Part shown: piece by piece, positions 15,580 through 30,057 of the stretch | Layout of the letters: every line of letters begins with the position of its first letter | Numbering within the stretch: the stretch's first letter is position 1 | Assembly (NCBI RefSeq): GCF_003334385.1 | Contig: NZ_QOWN01000035.1 | Strand: one strand, 5' to 3' | DNA: 44,545 bases | DNA from: Escherichia coli | GTDB taxonomy: Bacteria > Pseudomonadota > Gammaproteobacteria > Enterobacterales > Enterobacteriaceae | The notes under the pieces: model-generated | Seen by the model: only the letters and a program-made list of their open reading frames with translations | Database searches by the model: none | What the model was told of the DNA's origin: nothing | Made by a program: the position numbers and the translations under genes

Positions 15580-16817
15580 AATGTAGCTGGCGCGAAGGCA
15601 ATAAGATCCAGTTGCTGGAAAACGGCGAGCAATATTATCCCGCGGTGTTTAAGGCGATTGGCGAGGCACAAGAACGCATCATTCTTGAAACGTTTATCTG
15701 GTTTGAGGATGACGTCGGCAAACAACTGCATGCGGCACTACTGGCAGCAGCGCAACGCGGGGTTAAAGCGGAAGTCTTGCTGGATGGCTACGGTTCGCCG
15801 GATCTCAGCGATGAGTTTGTCAATGAACTGACGGCAGCTGGCGTAGTGTTCCGCTACTACGATCCCCGCCCTCGCCTTTTTGGTATGCGCACCAATGTGT
15901 TTCGCCGGATGCATCGCAAAATTGTGGTGATCGACGCGCGTATAGCCTTTATTGGCGGGCTGAATTACTCCGCCGAGCATATGTCCAGCTACGGTCCAGA
16001 GGCTAAACAGGATTACGCGGTACGCCTTGAAGGGCCGATTGTCGAAGATATTCTCCAGTTTGAGCTGGAAAACCTGCCTGGACAGAGCGCGGCACGACGC
16101 TGGTGGCGACGTCATCACAAAGCGGAAGAGAACCGCCAGCCGGGAGAAGCGCAGGTATTGCTGGTCTGGCGCGATAACGAAGAACATCGCGATGATATTG
16201 AACGCCATTATTTGAAAATGCTCACTCAGGCGCGGCGGGAAGTGATTATCGCCAACGCCTACTTCTTCCCCGGCTATCGATTTTTACACGCCTTGCGTAA
16301 AGCGGCACGGCGCGGGGTGCGGATCAAACTGATCATTCAGGGCGAACCGGATATGCCGATTGTCAGAGTCGGTGCGCGCTTGCTGTATAACTATCTGGTT
16401 AAAGGCGGCGTTCAGGTTTTTGAGTACCGCCGCCGCCCGCTCCACGGCAAAGTGGCATTGATGGACGATCACTGGGCGACAGTAGGGTCCAGTAATCTCG
16501 ATCCGCTCAGTTTGTCACTGAATCTCGAAGCAAATGTCATCATCCACGATCGTCATTTTAACCAGACGCTGCGCGATAATCTGAACGGCATTATTGCCGC
16601 AGATTGTCAGCAGGTGGATGAAACCATGCTGCCCAAACGCACCTGGTGGAACCTGACCAAAAGCGTGCTGGCGTTCCACTTTTTACGCCACTTCCCGGCG
16701 CTGGTTGGCTGGCTTCCGGCACACACGCCACGTCTGGCGCAGGTTGATCCGCCCGCACAACCGACAATGGAAACGCAGGATCGGGTAGAAACTGAAAACA
16801 CGGGGGTAAAACCCTGA
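15576..16817 (+). CDS. clsB: cardiolipin synthase B (phospholipase D family), 413 aa
   Basis: Two HxK(x)4D PLD motifs (HRKIVVID... and HGKVALMDD...); start overlaps the ybhP stop. Confidence 0.85.
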
Positions 16818-17773
16818 TGAGTAAATCACACCCGCGCTGGCGCTTAGCAAAGAAGATCCTCACCTGGCTGTTTTTTATCGCGGTGATTGTGTTGCTGGTG
16901 GTCTACGCCAAAAAAGTGGACTGGGAAGAGGTCTGGAAGGTCATCCGCGACTACAATCGCGTTGCGCTGCTTAGTGCGGTCGGGCTGGTGGTCGTCAGCT
17001 ATCTGATTTACGGCTGCTATGACCTGCTCGCCCGCTTTTACTGCGGTCACAAACTGGCGAAGCGCCAGGTGATGCTGGTGTCGTTTATCTGCTACGCCTT
17101 CAACCTGACGCTCAGTACCTGGGTCGGCGGCATTGGTATGCGCTATCGTTTGTACTCTCGTCTGGGGTTGCCCGGTAGCACTATTACGCGGATTTTCTCG
17201 CTCAGTATTACCACCAACTGGCTGGGCTACATTTTACTGGCAGGGATTATCTTTACCGCAGGCGTGGTGGAGTTGCCGGATCACTGGTATGTCGATCAAA
17301 CTACGCTGCGTATTCTCGGCATTGGCTTACTGATGATTATCGCGGTTTATTTGTGGTTTTGCGCTTTCGCGAAGCACCGCCATATGACCATCAAAGGGCA
17401 AAAGCTGGTGCTGCCTTCATGGAAATTCGCCCTCGCTCAGATGCTGATTTCCAGCGTTAACTGGATGGTAATGGGGGCGATTATCTGGCTGTTACTTGGT
17501 CAAAGCGTGAACTATTTCTTTGTACTGGGCGTGTTACTGGTTAGTAGTATTGCTGGCGTCATCGTGCATATTCCGGCGGGGATCGGTGTGCTGGAAGCGG
17601 TGTTTATCGCACTACTGGCTGGGGAGCATACCTCCAAAGGTACAATTATCGCCGCCCTACTCGCTTACCGTGTGCTGTATTACTTTATCCCACTGCTGCT
17701 GGCGCTGATCTGTTACCTGTTGCTGGAAAGCCAGGCGAAGAAGCTACGGGCGAAAAATGAAGCGGCGATGTGA
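16817..17773 (+). CDS. ybhN: inner membrane protein (lysylphosphatidylglycerol-synthase-like transmembrane domain family), 318 aa
   Basis: Polytopic membrane protein; start overlaps the clsB stop, as in the K-12 operon. Confidence 0.8.
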   Translation: MSKSHPRWRLAKKILTWLFFIAVIVLLVVYAKKVDWEEVWKVIRDYNRVALLSAVGLVVVSYLIYGCYDLLARFYCGHKLAKRQVMLVSFICYAFNLTLSTWVGGIGMRYRLYSRLGLPGSTITRIFSLSITTNWLGYILLAGIIFTAGVVELPDHWYVDQTTLRILGIGLLMIIAVYLWFCAFAKHRHMTIKGQKLVLPSWKFALAQMLISSVNWMVMGAIIWLLLGQSVNYFFVLGVLLVSSIAGVIVHIPAGIGVLEAVFIALLAGEHTSKGTIIAALLAYRVLYYFIPLLLALICYLLLESQAKKLRAKNEAAM

Positions 17774-17808
17774 AGTTTAGTTAAGTTCTTTAGTATGTGC
17801 ATTTACGG

Positions 17809-18522
17809 CTAATGAAAAAAACGCGTATGCCTTTGCCAGACAAGCGTTATAGCTATCGCGGCAAGTATCCCAAAGAAGCCGATAAAATAGTAATAGAGTG
17901 TTAATGCACCTGTAAAAGCGCAACGAACCGGACTCCACAACTCTTCACTATGGCATTTCCCCGCCAATTCAAGGAGCTTATTTCGTCCATGCGAGATAAT
18001 GCCTGACCATAACACAATCATTAAGCAACTTATTACCCAAATGGGCCGTTCACTCATTAATGCCGCATTCACGATGATTACCAGGGCCAACCCTGTCAAC
18101 GTCATCATAATGATAAAACGGTGAGAACCAGGATCAACATTAAATAATAAACCGGCCAGCATACTGATTAAAAACATCGCGCCCGCAGTGCTGAACACGA
18201 TGATAATGGCATATACAGGAACTAAACTTGCAACGACAATCGCCACCAAAGAGAGTAAAAACAGATATATTACGCCCGCGATGGCGGCATTTATCTTGTT
18301 GATATCCTTACTTAAGCCATACATACAAAGTAATAATAACCCTATGGCGACATACATTGGTGGTGAATCATATTTGGTTGCCGTAATTTCGAGATACTTA
18401 GCTCCCCAGGCTAGTCCTGCGGTTGCCACCAAACCTAAAGCGGTAATGAGCCATATACCGTTTAATATCCTGGCCTCGTGCTGAAAATCTAATTTATTGC
18501 TGTTTTGCGAGTATGATTCCAT
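17809..18522 (-). CDS. ybhM: BAX inhibitor-1/YccA-like inner membrane protein, 237 aa
   Basis: Seven hydrophobic segments; paralogous architecture to ybhL; noticeably more AT-rich than its flanks. Confidence 0.7.
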   Translation of the reverse strand: MESYSQNSNKLDFQHEARILNGIWLITALGLVATAGLAWGAKYLEITATKYDSPPMYVAIGLLLLCMYGLSKDINKINAAIAGVIYLFLLSLVAIVVASLVPVYAIIIVFSTAGAMFLISMLAGLLFNVDPGSHRFIIMMTLTGLALVIIVNAALMSERPIWVISCLMIVLWSGIISHGRNKLLELAGKCHSEELWSPVRCAFTGALTLYYYFIGFFGILAAIAITLVWQRHTRFFH

Positions 18523-18689
18523 TCTTTTAGTTATCCTTAGAAAAAATATTAATATTCACCATCAATAAATTTAAAACCACGCATACAAAATACTTTTGCA
18601 TTTATGGATACAGAAAACGCTTCCGCTCGTCCATAAGGCATATTTTATACCTGGTACTTGTTAAGTGTCGTTTTTAGTAAGAAAAAAAT

Positions 18690-18710
18690 CCCGACACATG
18701 GCCGGGATAG
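18690..18710 (-). terminator. Rho-independent terminator candidate for ybhL
   Basis: On the minus strand, hairpin ATCCCG-gccatgtgt-CGGGAT followed by TTTTTTT, just downstream of the ybhL stop. Confidence 0.5.
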
Positions 18711-18726
18711 TGATGGTGAAAAAGAA

Positions 18727-19431
18727 TTAACGGCGGTTGCCGAAGATCCGCAACAACATCAGGAACAGGTTGATGAAGTCCAGATACAAGGTTAACGCGC
18801 CAAGAATGGAATATTTGCGCAGGTTCGACGTGTCGCGGGTATCAATCTGCTCACCCATATTTTTCAGTTTCTGCGTGTCATACGCCGTCAATCCGACAAA
18901 GACAATCACGCCGATGTAGGTAACTGCCCACATCAATGCTTCGCTTTTCAACCAGAAGTTGACCAGCGATGCCAGCACAATGCCGATTAACGCCATAAAC
19001 AGCATATTGCCAAAGCCACTTAAATCGCGCTTCGTGGTGTAACCGTACAGGCTCATTGCGCCGAACATCCCGGCAGTAACGACGAAAGTACTGGCGATAG
19101 AAGCAGCGGTATAGACAATGAATATACTGGAAAGCGTAAGACCCGTCAGCGCCGAATAAAGCATAAAGAGCATCGTCGTTACACCTGCGCTCAGCTTTTG
19201 AATCATCGCTGATAACACAATAACCAATGCTAATTGCGCGATGATCAGACCGATTAAAAAGACACGGTTAGTGAACAACAGCTCCATCACGGCCGCGGAA
19301 TTAGCCGCATACCAGGCAACAAATGCGGTCAGCAACAAGCCAACGGTCATCCAGCCATAGACTTGAGCCATATAAGTTTGCAAGCCAGCCCGGGGTTGTA
19401 CGATTGAATCAGAACGTGGGAATCTGTCCAT
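18727..19431 (-). CDS. ybhL: BAX inhibitor-1 family inner membrane protein, 234 aa
   Basis: Seven-helix membrane protein with the family's conserved C-terminal charged region; K-12 position next to the moa operon. Confidence 0.8.
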   Translation of the reverse strand: MDRFPRSDSIVQPRAGLQTYMAQVYGWMTVGLLLTAFVAWYAANSAAVMELLFTNRVFLIGLIIAQLALVIVLSAMIQKLSAGVTTMLFMLYSALTGLTLSSIFIVYTAASIASTFVVTAGMFGAMSLYGYTTKRDLSGFGNMLFMALIGIVLASLVNFWLKSEALMWAVTYIGVIVFVGLTAYDTQKLKNMGEQIDTRDTSNLRKYSILGALTLYLDFINLFLMLLRIFGNRR

Positions 19432-19567
19432 GACGATCTCCTGAAGATATAAGGAATATCTTAAGGATACTGCAAAATGATGAGGCTGTGCATCGACGCA
19501 GCGTAAACGTATGTACTGAGCGGTGAAATTGCCGGACGCAGCGGTGCCTTATCCGGCTAACAAAAAA

Positions 19568-20020
19568 CTACCAGCGTTTTGCCGCCTGCTGATCGCTCTC
19601 CCGAGCTTCAACCCAGCGGTCGCCTTCCGGCGTGGCTTCGCGCTTCCAGAACGGTGCGCGGGTTTTGAGATAATCCATAATAAACTGCCCGGCTTCAAAC
19701 GCACTGCTGCGATGCGCACTGGTGACACCGACAAAAACGATTTCATCGCCCGGCCATAATTCCCCGATGCGGTGAATCACAGTGACGCGCCCCAGCGGCC
19801 AGCGGTTACGCGCTTCATCAACAATTTCTGCCAGTGCTTTTTCAGTCATCCCCGGATAGTGTTCGAGGGTTAATGCGTTGACGCTGTCGCCCAGGTTATG
19901 GTTGCGCACCTTACCAGTAAAGGTGACTACCGCACCGTCTTCGTCACGCTCCGCCAGCCACGGGTACTCTTCTCCTACGCTGAACGGCTGCGGACCAACA
20001 ACAATTTTGGTTTCTGCCAT
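19568..20020 (-). CDS. moaE: molybdopterin synthase catalytic subunit, 150 aa
   Basis: Full-length match to MoaE; last gene of moaABCDE. Confidence 0.9.
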   Translation of the reverse strand: MAETKIVVGPQPFSVGEEYPWLAERDEDGAVVTFTGKVRNHNLGDSVNALTLEHYPGMTEKALAEIVDEARNRWPLGRVTVIHRIGELWPGDEIVFVGVTSAHRSSAFEAGQFIMDYLKTRAPFWKREATPEGDRWVEARESDQQAAKRW

Positions 20021-20021
20021 C

Positions 20022-20267
20022 TTAACCTCCGGTTACCGGCGGGAAGAAAGCTACTTCGTCGCCGTCAGTCAGCGGATGGTCAAAACTCACCAGCGTCTGG
20101 TTGACGGCAGCCAGTAATTTGCCATCTTCCAGCGCCAGCGCCCAGCGATCGCTCTGCGCAGCCATGTGCTGGCGTAACGCTTCAACAGTTGGGAAATCCG
20201 CAGCCACTTCGGTTGCATCTGTTCCCACCAACTCGCGCACCTGGGCGAAAAAAAGAACTTTAATCAT
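20022..20267 (-). CDS. moaD: molybdopterin synthase sulfur-carrier subunit, 81 aa
   Basis: ORF 20022..20330 contains [21 protein letters not shown]...FFPPVTGG with the C-terminal GG typical of MoaD; start taken at the internal Met. Confidence 0.85.
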
Positions 20268-20745
20268 CCGCTTCCACCTTAAAGTCACCCGACTTGCCGC
20301 CGCTCTTCGCCAGCAAACGTACCGGACCAATCACCATATCTTTTTGCACCGCTTTGCACATGTCATAAATGGTCAGCGCCGCCACGGAGGCCGCGGTTAA
20401 TGCTTCCATTTCGACACCGGTTTTCCCGGTCAGGCGGCATAAGGTTTCTATACGCACCCGATTGTGCTCCGGCTCGGCCTGTAAATTGACTTCAACTTTG
20501 CTGAGCATCAGCGGATGACAGAGCGGGATCAGATCCCAGGTGCGTTTTGCCGCCTGAATACCGGCAATACGCGCAGTGGCAAATACGTCGCCTTTGTGGT
20601 GGCGACCATCAATAATCATCGCCAGCGTCTCGCTGCGCATGGTGACAAAGGCTTCCGCCCGCGCTTCACGCACGGTTTCCGCTTTGGCGGAGACATCCAC
20701 CATGTGCGCTTCGCCAGCGGCGTTGATATGGGTCAGTTGCGACAT
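20260..20745 (-). CDS. moaC: cyclic pyranopterin monophosphate synthase accessory protein, 161 aa
   Basis: Full-length match to MoaC; overlaps the moaD start by 8 bp. Confidence 0.9.
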
Positions 20746-20747
20746 AC

Positions 20748-21260
20748 TTATTTCTTCAAATGTGGATGGAAATTACACGGACGCGTACGGGCATCCAGCT
20801 GCGGCGCGATGATATTTTCCCATGCGGTACGGCACGCTTTGGTCGAACCCGGCATGGCGAAAATCAGCGTTTTGTTGGCGACGCCCGCTACCGCACGAGA
20901 TTGCAACGTGGAAGTGCCAATCTCTTCAAACGACAACATCCGGAACACTTCACCAAAACCTTCAACTTCACGGTCGAACAACGGCAGCAATGCTTCGGGA
21001 GCCTGATCACCTTCCGTCAGGCCAGTACCACCCGTAATCAATACCACTTGTACATCGTCGCTGGCGATCCACGCAGATACCTGAGCGCGAATAGCGTAGC
21101 GGTTTTCTTTCACAATGGCTTTATCGACAACGTGATGGCCCGCTTCTTGCGCCGAATCGCGCAGATAGTGACCGGAGGTATCGTCTTCTTCACCGCGACG
21201 ATTAGAAACCGTAAGAATAGCAATACGGGTCGGGATAAATTCAGTGCTTACCTGACTCAT
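20748..21260 (-). CDS. moaB: molybdenum cofactor biosynthesis protein B (MogA/MoaB family), 170 aa
   Basis: MogA/MoaB-fold motif (ITGGTG); operon position. Confidence 0.9.
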
Positions 21261-21281
21261 CTGATCTCTCCTTTTGACGTT

Positions 21282-22271
21282 TTAGCCGCCAATGTACGAT
21301 AAGTTTTGCGTAATACCGGTGTTGTTTTGATGCAGGAAATGGGTCTGTTTCTTCTCCCGCAGCGCCGCTGAAATACGCGCTTCCAGCGCCTGTTGCTGGG
21401 TATCGTCTTCCAGCAGATCGCGCAGGTTAACGCCGCCTTCACCAAACAGGCAGAGATGGAGTTTACCAATGGAGGAAACGCGCAGGCGGTTGCAAGTGGC
21501 GCAGAAGTCTTTTTCATACGGCATGATAAGGCCAATCTCTCCGGCGTAATCTGGATGGCAAAAGACTTGCGCGGGACCGTCGCTGCGTTGACGTAATTGG
21601 TGGATCCAGCCGCGACGCAGTAGCTCGTCACGCAGAACCTGACCAGAGATGTGATGCTTACGGAAGAGCTCGCTGCCCTCGCCCGTTTCCATCAGTTCGA
21701 TGAAACGCAGCTGGATAGGGCGATGCTGGATCCAGTTCAGAAAGGTGTCGAGCTGGTGATGATTAACATCACGCATCAGCACGGTATTGACTTTGACCTT
21801 CTCAAAACCGGCCTCAAATGCAGCATCAATCCCTGCCATGACCTGGTTGAATTTATCCTGCCCGGTAATAGCGTGAAACTGGCGGGCGTCCAGACTGTCG
21901 ACACTGACGTTAATGCCAGTAAGTCCCGCATCGCGCCAGCTCGCCACATCGCGTTCCAGACGGTAACCATTGGTTGTGACCGCAATCTGGCGGATAGCGT
22001 CGTTTTCCCGCACAGCGGCGATGATATCGGTAAAGTCGCGGCGTAAAGACGGCTCTCCTCCTGTCAGGCGCACTTTTTCGGTGCCCAGACTGGCGAAGGC
22101 GCGCGTAACCCGGCGAATTTCATCGACGGTAAGAAAGCCTTTATTGGTGACGCCGCTCGGTTTGTAGCCATCCGGCAGGCAGTAGGTGCAACGAAAGTTA
22201 CACACATCGGTAATCGACAGGCGCAAGTAGTAAAACTTACGCGCAAATGCATCAGTCAGTTGTGAAGCCAT
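21282..22271 (-). CDS. moaA: GTP 3',8-cyclase (radical SAM), 329 aa
   Basis: CNFRCTYC radical-SAM cysteine motif and C-terminal Fe-S cysteines; start taken at [19 protein letters not shown] (ORF 21282..22352 is N-terminally extended). Confidence 0.9.
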   Translation of the reverse strand: MASQLTDAFARKFYYLRLSITDVCNFRCTYCLPDGYKPSGVTNKGFLTVDEIRRVTRAFASLGTEKVRLTGGEPSLRRDFTDIIAAVRENDAIRQIAVTTNGYRLERDVASWRDAGLTGINVSVDSLDARQFHAITGQDKFNQVMAGIDAAFEAGFEKVKVNTVLMRDVNHHQLDTFLNWIQHRPIQLRFIELMETGEGSELFRKHHISGQVLRDELLRRGWIHQLRQRSDGPAQVFCHPDYAGEIGLIMPYEKDFCATCNRLRVSSIGKLHLCLFGEGGVNLRDLLEDDTQQQALEARISAALREKKQTHFLHQNNTGITQNLSYIGG

Positions 22272-22275
22272 GTAC

Positions 22276-22420
22276 ACCTTTCCAGATACGGGAGGCGAAG
22301 TCATTTCTTCCTTCGCCCTGGTGGCAATCTTTACGAGCATTGTCACGGCCAAAGCACCGTATCAGTTGACCCAGGTGCAGAGGCTAGAGTGTTTAGTGGT
22401 TATGCCGATACTAGCGTGTA
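22276..22420 (-). ncRNA. Probable Moco riboswitch in the moaA 5' leader
   Basis: Placement from established knowledge that the E. coli moaABCDE leader carries the Moco RNA motif; I have not verified the conserved structure by folding, and the boundaries are approximate. Confidence 0.4.
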
Positions 22421-22607
22421 AATGAGATTTTTACCATCCACACTTTCGCTATGTAATCATGTATATAGCGTCATGATCGTGCTATTTCGCTACAGAATAA
22501 GGGAAAATGGCGGTTTTACTTTGATATACATCATCAGGGAGGCATAGCGTGCATCGTCCTTTAGAGGTAGAAGAAAATAGTTTGTATCCTCAATATTGGC
22601 AGGTTAA

Positions 22608-23576
<969 letters not shown>

Positions 23577-23626
23577 CGGAAATCCGAAGGAAAATTCCGG
23601 CTTCCTATTGAAGACAAAGTGCGCGT

Positions 23627-23740
23627 TGTTTATGCCGGATGCGGCGTGAACGCCTTATCCGGCCTACAAACCGCGCAAATTCAATATATTGCGGAGAAAA
23701 TGTAGGCCTGATAAGCGTAGCGCATCAGGCTGTTTTCCGT
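23627..23740. repeat. RIP-type BIME (second copy)
   Basis: gccggatgcggcgtgaacgccttatccggcctac ... caaattcaatatattgc ... gtaggcctgataagcgtagcgcatcaggc; same orientation as, and nearly identical to, 6918..7040. Confidence 0.65.
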
Positions 23741-23767
23741 TTGTCATCAGTCTTCTTCGCTATCCTG

Positions 23768-25789
<2,022 letters not shown>

Positions 25790-25863
25790 GAGTCGCTACC
25801 TGAAGGAGTTGGGCGGGCAGGTATGTAATTTTACTCGTCGTACTTAATTATGCCAACAAATTA

Positions 25864-25883
25864 TACTGGATAAAAAAACAGTT
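25864..25883. promoter_or_regulatory. LexA (SOS) box of uvrB
   Basis: tactggataaaaaaacagtt contains CTG-N10-CAG in the uvrB promoter region, as known for uvrB. Confidence 0.7.
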
Positions 25884-26185
25884 CATCACCATAATATTTC
25901 TGATACAGCGTAAACTCCGCTGTCAATCATGAGCAAAATTTACTCTGTGGCGAGATAAAACTCCGGCCTTACCGGGTTATCCCCAAAGCAACGGCTTTTT
26001 TAACATTTGTCAAGATGAGTGATGACAGTTTTATGGCAAGAGATGCCTGTTCAGTGACTGCCATTGCATTTATCTAACCAGTTAAAAAATAAAAGATATT
26101 TCTTTGAGCCGTCTTTAACGCCAATTCGCGTGCAAGCCGCGTATTCTCTCGCTTGCCTCGTGTTTTCTAACTCTAATACACATGG

Positions 26186-26208
26186 TTATCCACAGGAATA
26201 GTGGATAA
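26186..26208. promoter_or_regulatory. Pair of inverted DnaA-box-like 9-mers
   Basis: TTATCCACA ... gtGGATAAct in the uvrB upstream region; the DnaA box consensus is TTATNCACA. Binding is inferred. Confidence 0.4.
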
Positions 26209-26367
26209 CTGTCTCCAGCCCCTATCCCCCGCCGCCTGGGCAATTCCCACATTCGCCGCATGAGGCGGAAGTAAAATTTTTTTCGTGATTATTTTAGAAT
26301 TTAATTGGTTAAATTGCAGTCAATCGAAGACGCGATCTCGCTCGCAATTTAACCAAATACAGAATGG

Positions 26368-27045
26368 CTACAACAAGGCAAGGTTTATGTACTTTCCGAT
26401 TGCCGCATTTTCTGGATTTTCTGCAAGCCAGGGGATCTCTCCCAGCAGCGGCGCGGGAATCATGCGGGTGAGCGTGGTCATATATTCAGCGTGACGTTTT
26501 CCCGGAGGCGTAACATCGTTCGCCACCCAACCCGCCAGAGTCAGTCCGGCGTGTTGTATTACCTGTGCAGTCAACATCGCGTGATTAATACAGCCGAGTT
26601 TCACACCAACTACCAGTATCACCGGCAGTTGTTCCTGTGTTACCCAATCTGCAAAAGTGAAAGTGTCAGAAAGCGGCGTAAACCAGCCGCCAGCACCTTC
26701 CACTAACACCCAGTCAGCCTGTTGTTCAAGCGCGCGTAATCCGGCGCTCATTACCAATGATTCTATCGGTCTGCCCTCTTGCGCGCTGATGATGTGCGGC
26801 GAAGTGGGTTCTGCGAAGGTGTAAGGATTTACTGTTGCGTAATCCAGCTGCAGGCTGCTGTTGCGCTGTAACGCCAGCGCGTCGCTATTGCGTAAACCTT
26901 CCGGGGTCTTTTCGCTGCCAGAGGCGACCGGTTTATAACCTGCCGTCCGGTAGCCTGCTGCCTTTGCGGCTTGTAAAAGTGCACAACTGGCGACAGTTTT
27001 CCCCACTTCGGTATCCGTTCCGGTGACAAAATAACGTTTACTCAC
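26368..27045 (-). CDS. bioD: dethiobiotin synthetase, 225 aa
   Basis: P-loop (GTDTEVGKT); GTG start inferred to give MSKRYFVTG...; last gene of bioBFCD. Confidence 0.9.
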
Positions 27046-27793
27046 GAGCAATCACTCCCAAAAAAAGATGATACGTCAGAGGATATCGCCCCTGCTGTTG
27101 CGGCCAGGCCAGTTGCAATCGCTGCAACTGCGAACGCGTTAATATTCGCGGGTCGCGCCCTTCATGAAGATGCGTGGCACCGATGCCTTTCAGCGAACGC
27201 ATGGCACTGAGCGCATCATCAAACCACAGCGTGATGGGCTGAATATGATGTTGATAATGCACGCCGTTCAGCGACTGTTCGATTTCATCTGGCGGTAAAA
27301 AGCGATTAGCATGCGGACGCTCGTCCACCGCCTGCCACGCCTGATGCAGTTCGGGTAACGATCCCTGCACCAGCGTGGTAAACGCGACCACGCCTTTGGG
27401 GCGCACCACCCGATACAGCTCGCGGAGTGCCGTGGATAAATTACCGCACCACTGCACTGCGAGATTGCTCCATGCAAGATCGAACGTCGCAGTCGCTAAC
27501 GGCAGGGATTCGATATCTCCCGCCAGATAATGGTCTGCGGCATCCTTCTGGCGTGCCTGAACAAGCATTGGCGGCGAGAGATCTAAGGCCGTCACCTGCG
27601 CGTGACGTTCCCGCCAGTGGCGGCTCATCCAGCCAGGTCCACAACCCGCGTCCAGTACGTGGGTGTATTTACGCTGTGGAAGCATTGCCAGTAAGGCGTC
27701 AGCACTCTGGCGCTGTAGATCTGCATGTTGCTCATAGTGTGCGGCTGCCCGACCAAATGCCGCTGCAATGGCTTGTTTATTAACCGTTGCCAT
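27038..27793 (-). CDS. bioC: malonyl-ACP O-methyltransferase, 251 aa
   Basis: SAM-methyltransferase motif (VLDAGCGPG); start taken at [13 protein letters not shown]...; overlaps bioD. Confidence 0.9.
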
Positions 27794-28934
27794 GCAGCAC
27801 CTCCAGCAGACGGTCGATATCCTGCATTTCATGCGCAGCGGTTAGCGTTAAGCGCAGTCGCGCAGTACCAGCGGGTACGGTTGGCGGGCGAATCGCCGTG
27901 ACCCAGCAGCCTTGCTGGCGCAGTTTTTCTGCCAGTTGTAACGCACGGCTGTTATCACCGACAATCAATGGCTGGATGGCGCTGCATGAATCAGCAAGCG
28001 TAAACGGCAAATCCTGTACTCCGGCACGAAAACGCGTAATGAGTGCCGCCAGTTTTTCGCGCCGTGCATCACCCTCATCACTGCGAATGACCGCCAGCGA
28101 CGCACGTAATGCCTGCGCCTGAGCGGGCGGCATACTGGTGCTGTAGATAAGGTGGCGGGCGAATTGCAGCAGATAATCCGCCACCGTACTGGAGCAAAGC
28201 ACCGCTGCCCCGCTGACGCCAAATCCTTTGCCAAAAGTCACTACCAGCAATTCTGGTTTTACCTTTTGCAGCCAGCAGCTGCCGCGCCCCTGCTCCCCGA
28301 TAACGCCCGTGCCGTGGGCATCATCGACCATCAACCAGCCATTGTGCTGTTGCGTTACCTGCTGGATTTCCGCCAGTGGCGCACTATCGCCGTCCATGCT
28401 GAACACGCCTTCTGTCACCACCATTTGCTGCCCCGGACAGGGGGAAGCAAGCAATCGCGCCAAATGAGTGACATCGTTATGAGCAAAACGGCGAAGCTGC
28501 GACGGGCTTAAACTGGCAGCTTCCAGCAATGAGGCATGGCTAAGCCGGTCGGCAGCAATACGGTCCTCTTTCGCCATCATCGCGGCAATAACTGCCTGAT
28601 TAGCGGCGAAACCAGAGATAAACAGCAGTGCCCGCGAATAGCCAAGCCACTCGGCCAGCTCTTCTTCCAGTGCCTGATGCACCACGCTATAACCGCTGAC
28701 GTGACCGGAGCCGCCGCTACCGATGCCAAATTGCTCCGCCCCCTGCTGCCAGGCACGGATAATTTGCGGATGATGGCTTAAACCTAAATAATCGTTACTG
28801 GAAAAGTTCAGATACTGGCGATCATCCGCCACCAGCCAGCGTCCGGCTCCTTGCGCCACCGGATAACGGCGACGCAGGGCATCGGCAGCACGCCGCGCAT
28901 CGAGCGCCGCGTTGATTTTCTCCTGCCAGCTCAT
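27780..28934 (-). CDS. bioF: 8-amino-7-oxononanoate synthase, 384 aa
   Basis: PLP-dependent aminotransferase class II fold, full length; overlaps bioC and bioB. Confidence 0.9.
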
Positions 28935-29971
28935 AATGCTGCCGCGTTGTAATATTCGTCGGTGTCCGGGGTCATCAGCGCCTGTTCAAGACGTTGCTGT
29001 TGTTCGTTATCCCCTGCCAGCACGGCAGTTTGCTGCGGATTTAGCCCCAGTTTGCGGAACAGTTGCAGGTCTTTATCTTCTTCCGGATTCGGCGTGGTCA
29101 GCAGTTTGCAACCGTAGAAAATCGAGTTTGCGCCTGCCATAAAGCACATCGCCTGAGTCTGTTCGTTCATCTGCTCGCGTCCGGCAGAAAGGCGCACGTA
29201 AGAGGTTGGCATCATGATCCGCGCGACCGCAATGGTGCGAATAAAATCAAAGGCATCGACATCATCGTTATCGGCAAGCGGCGTGCCTTTCACCTTCACC
29301 AGCATGTTGATTGGCACGCTTTCCGGCGGCGTCGGCAGGTTTGCCAGTTGCAGCAATAATCCGGCGCGATCTTTTACCGTTTCGCCTAAGCCCACAATGC
29401 CGCCAGAACAGACTTTGATCCCGGCATCGCGCACTTTTTCCAGCGTATCGAGGCGTTCCTGATAAGTGCGTGTGGTGATGATATTGCCGTAAAACTCCGG
29501 CGAGGTGTCCAGGTTGTGGTTGTAGTAATCCAGCCCGGCGTTCGCGAGGCGCTGCGCCTGAGATTCACTCAACGTGCCCAGCGTCATACACGCCTCCAGC
29601 CCCATCGCTTTTACCCCCTGCACCATTTGTTCCAGGTACGGCATATCGCGTTCGTGGGGATTCTTCCACGCCGCGCCCATACAGAAGCGCGTCGATCCTG
29701 CCGCTTTCGCTTTGCGCGCCGACTCCAGCACCTGTTCAACTTCCATCAACCGCTCGGCTTCCAGCCCGGTTTTGTAGCGCGAGCTTTGCGGGCAGTATTT
29801 GCAATCTTCCGGACAAGCTCCGGTCTTAATCGACAGCAACGTGCTGACCTGCACCTGACGAGGATCGAAATGCTGGCGATGCACCTGCTGCGCTTCAAAC
29901 AGCAGATCCAGCAACGGTTTTTCAAATAATTCTGTGACTTGCGACAATGTCCAGCGTGGGCGGTGAGCCAT
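28931..29971 (-). CDS. bioB: biotin synthase (radical SAM), 346 aa
   Basis: CPEDCKYC radical-SAM motif; first gene of the leftward bio operon. Confidence 0.95.
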   Translation of the reverse strand: MAHRPRWTLSQVTELFEKPLLDLLFEAQQVHRQHFDPRQVQVSTLLSIKTGACPEDCKYCPQSSRYKTGLEAERLMEVEQVLESARKAKAAGSTRFCMGAAWKNPHERDMPYLEQMVQGVKAMGLEACMTLGTLSESQAQRLANAGLDYYNHNLDTSPEFYGNIITTRTYQERLDTLEKVRDAGIKVCSGGIVGLGETVKDRAGLLLQLANLPTPPESVPINMLVKVKGTPLADNDDVDAFDFIRTIAVARIMMPTSYVRLSAGREQMNEQTQAMCFMAGANSIFYGCKLLTTPNPEEDKDLQLFRKLGLNPQQTAVLAGDNEQQQRLEQALMTPDTDEYYNAAAL

Positions 29972-30016
29972 GGGGCTTCTCCAAAACGTGTTTTTTGTTG
30001 TTAATTCGGTGTAGAC

Positions 30017-30050
30017 TTGTAAACCTAAATCTTTTCAATTTGGTTTACAA
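30017..30050. promoter_or_regulatory. bio operator (BirA binding site) between divergent bioA and bioB promoters
   Basis: Imperfect palindrome TTGTAAACC-taaatcttttcaatt-TGGTTTACAA, matching the known bioO sequence. Confidence 0.8.
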
Positions 30051-30057
30051 GTCGATT

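Noticed and set aside
25790-26367. Short ORFs in the uvrB-bioD intergenic region (for example a 20-codon ORF near 26,005 and the 69-aa ORF at 26285..26494)
   Set aside because: This is the uvrB promoter region; the candidates lack convincing RBSs and the 69-aa ORF runs antisense into bioD.
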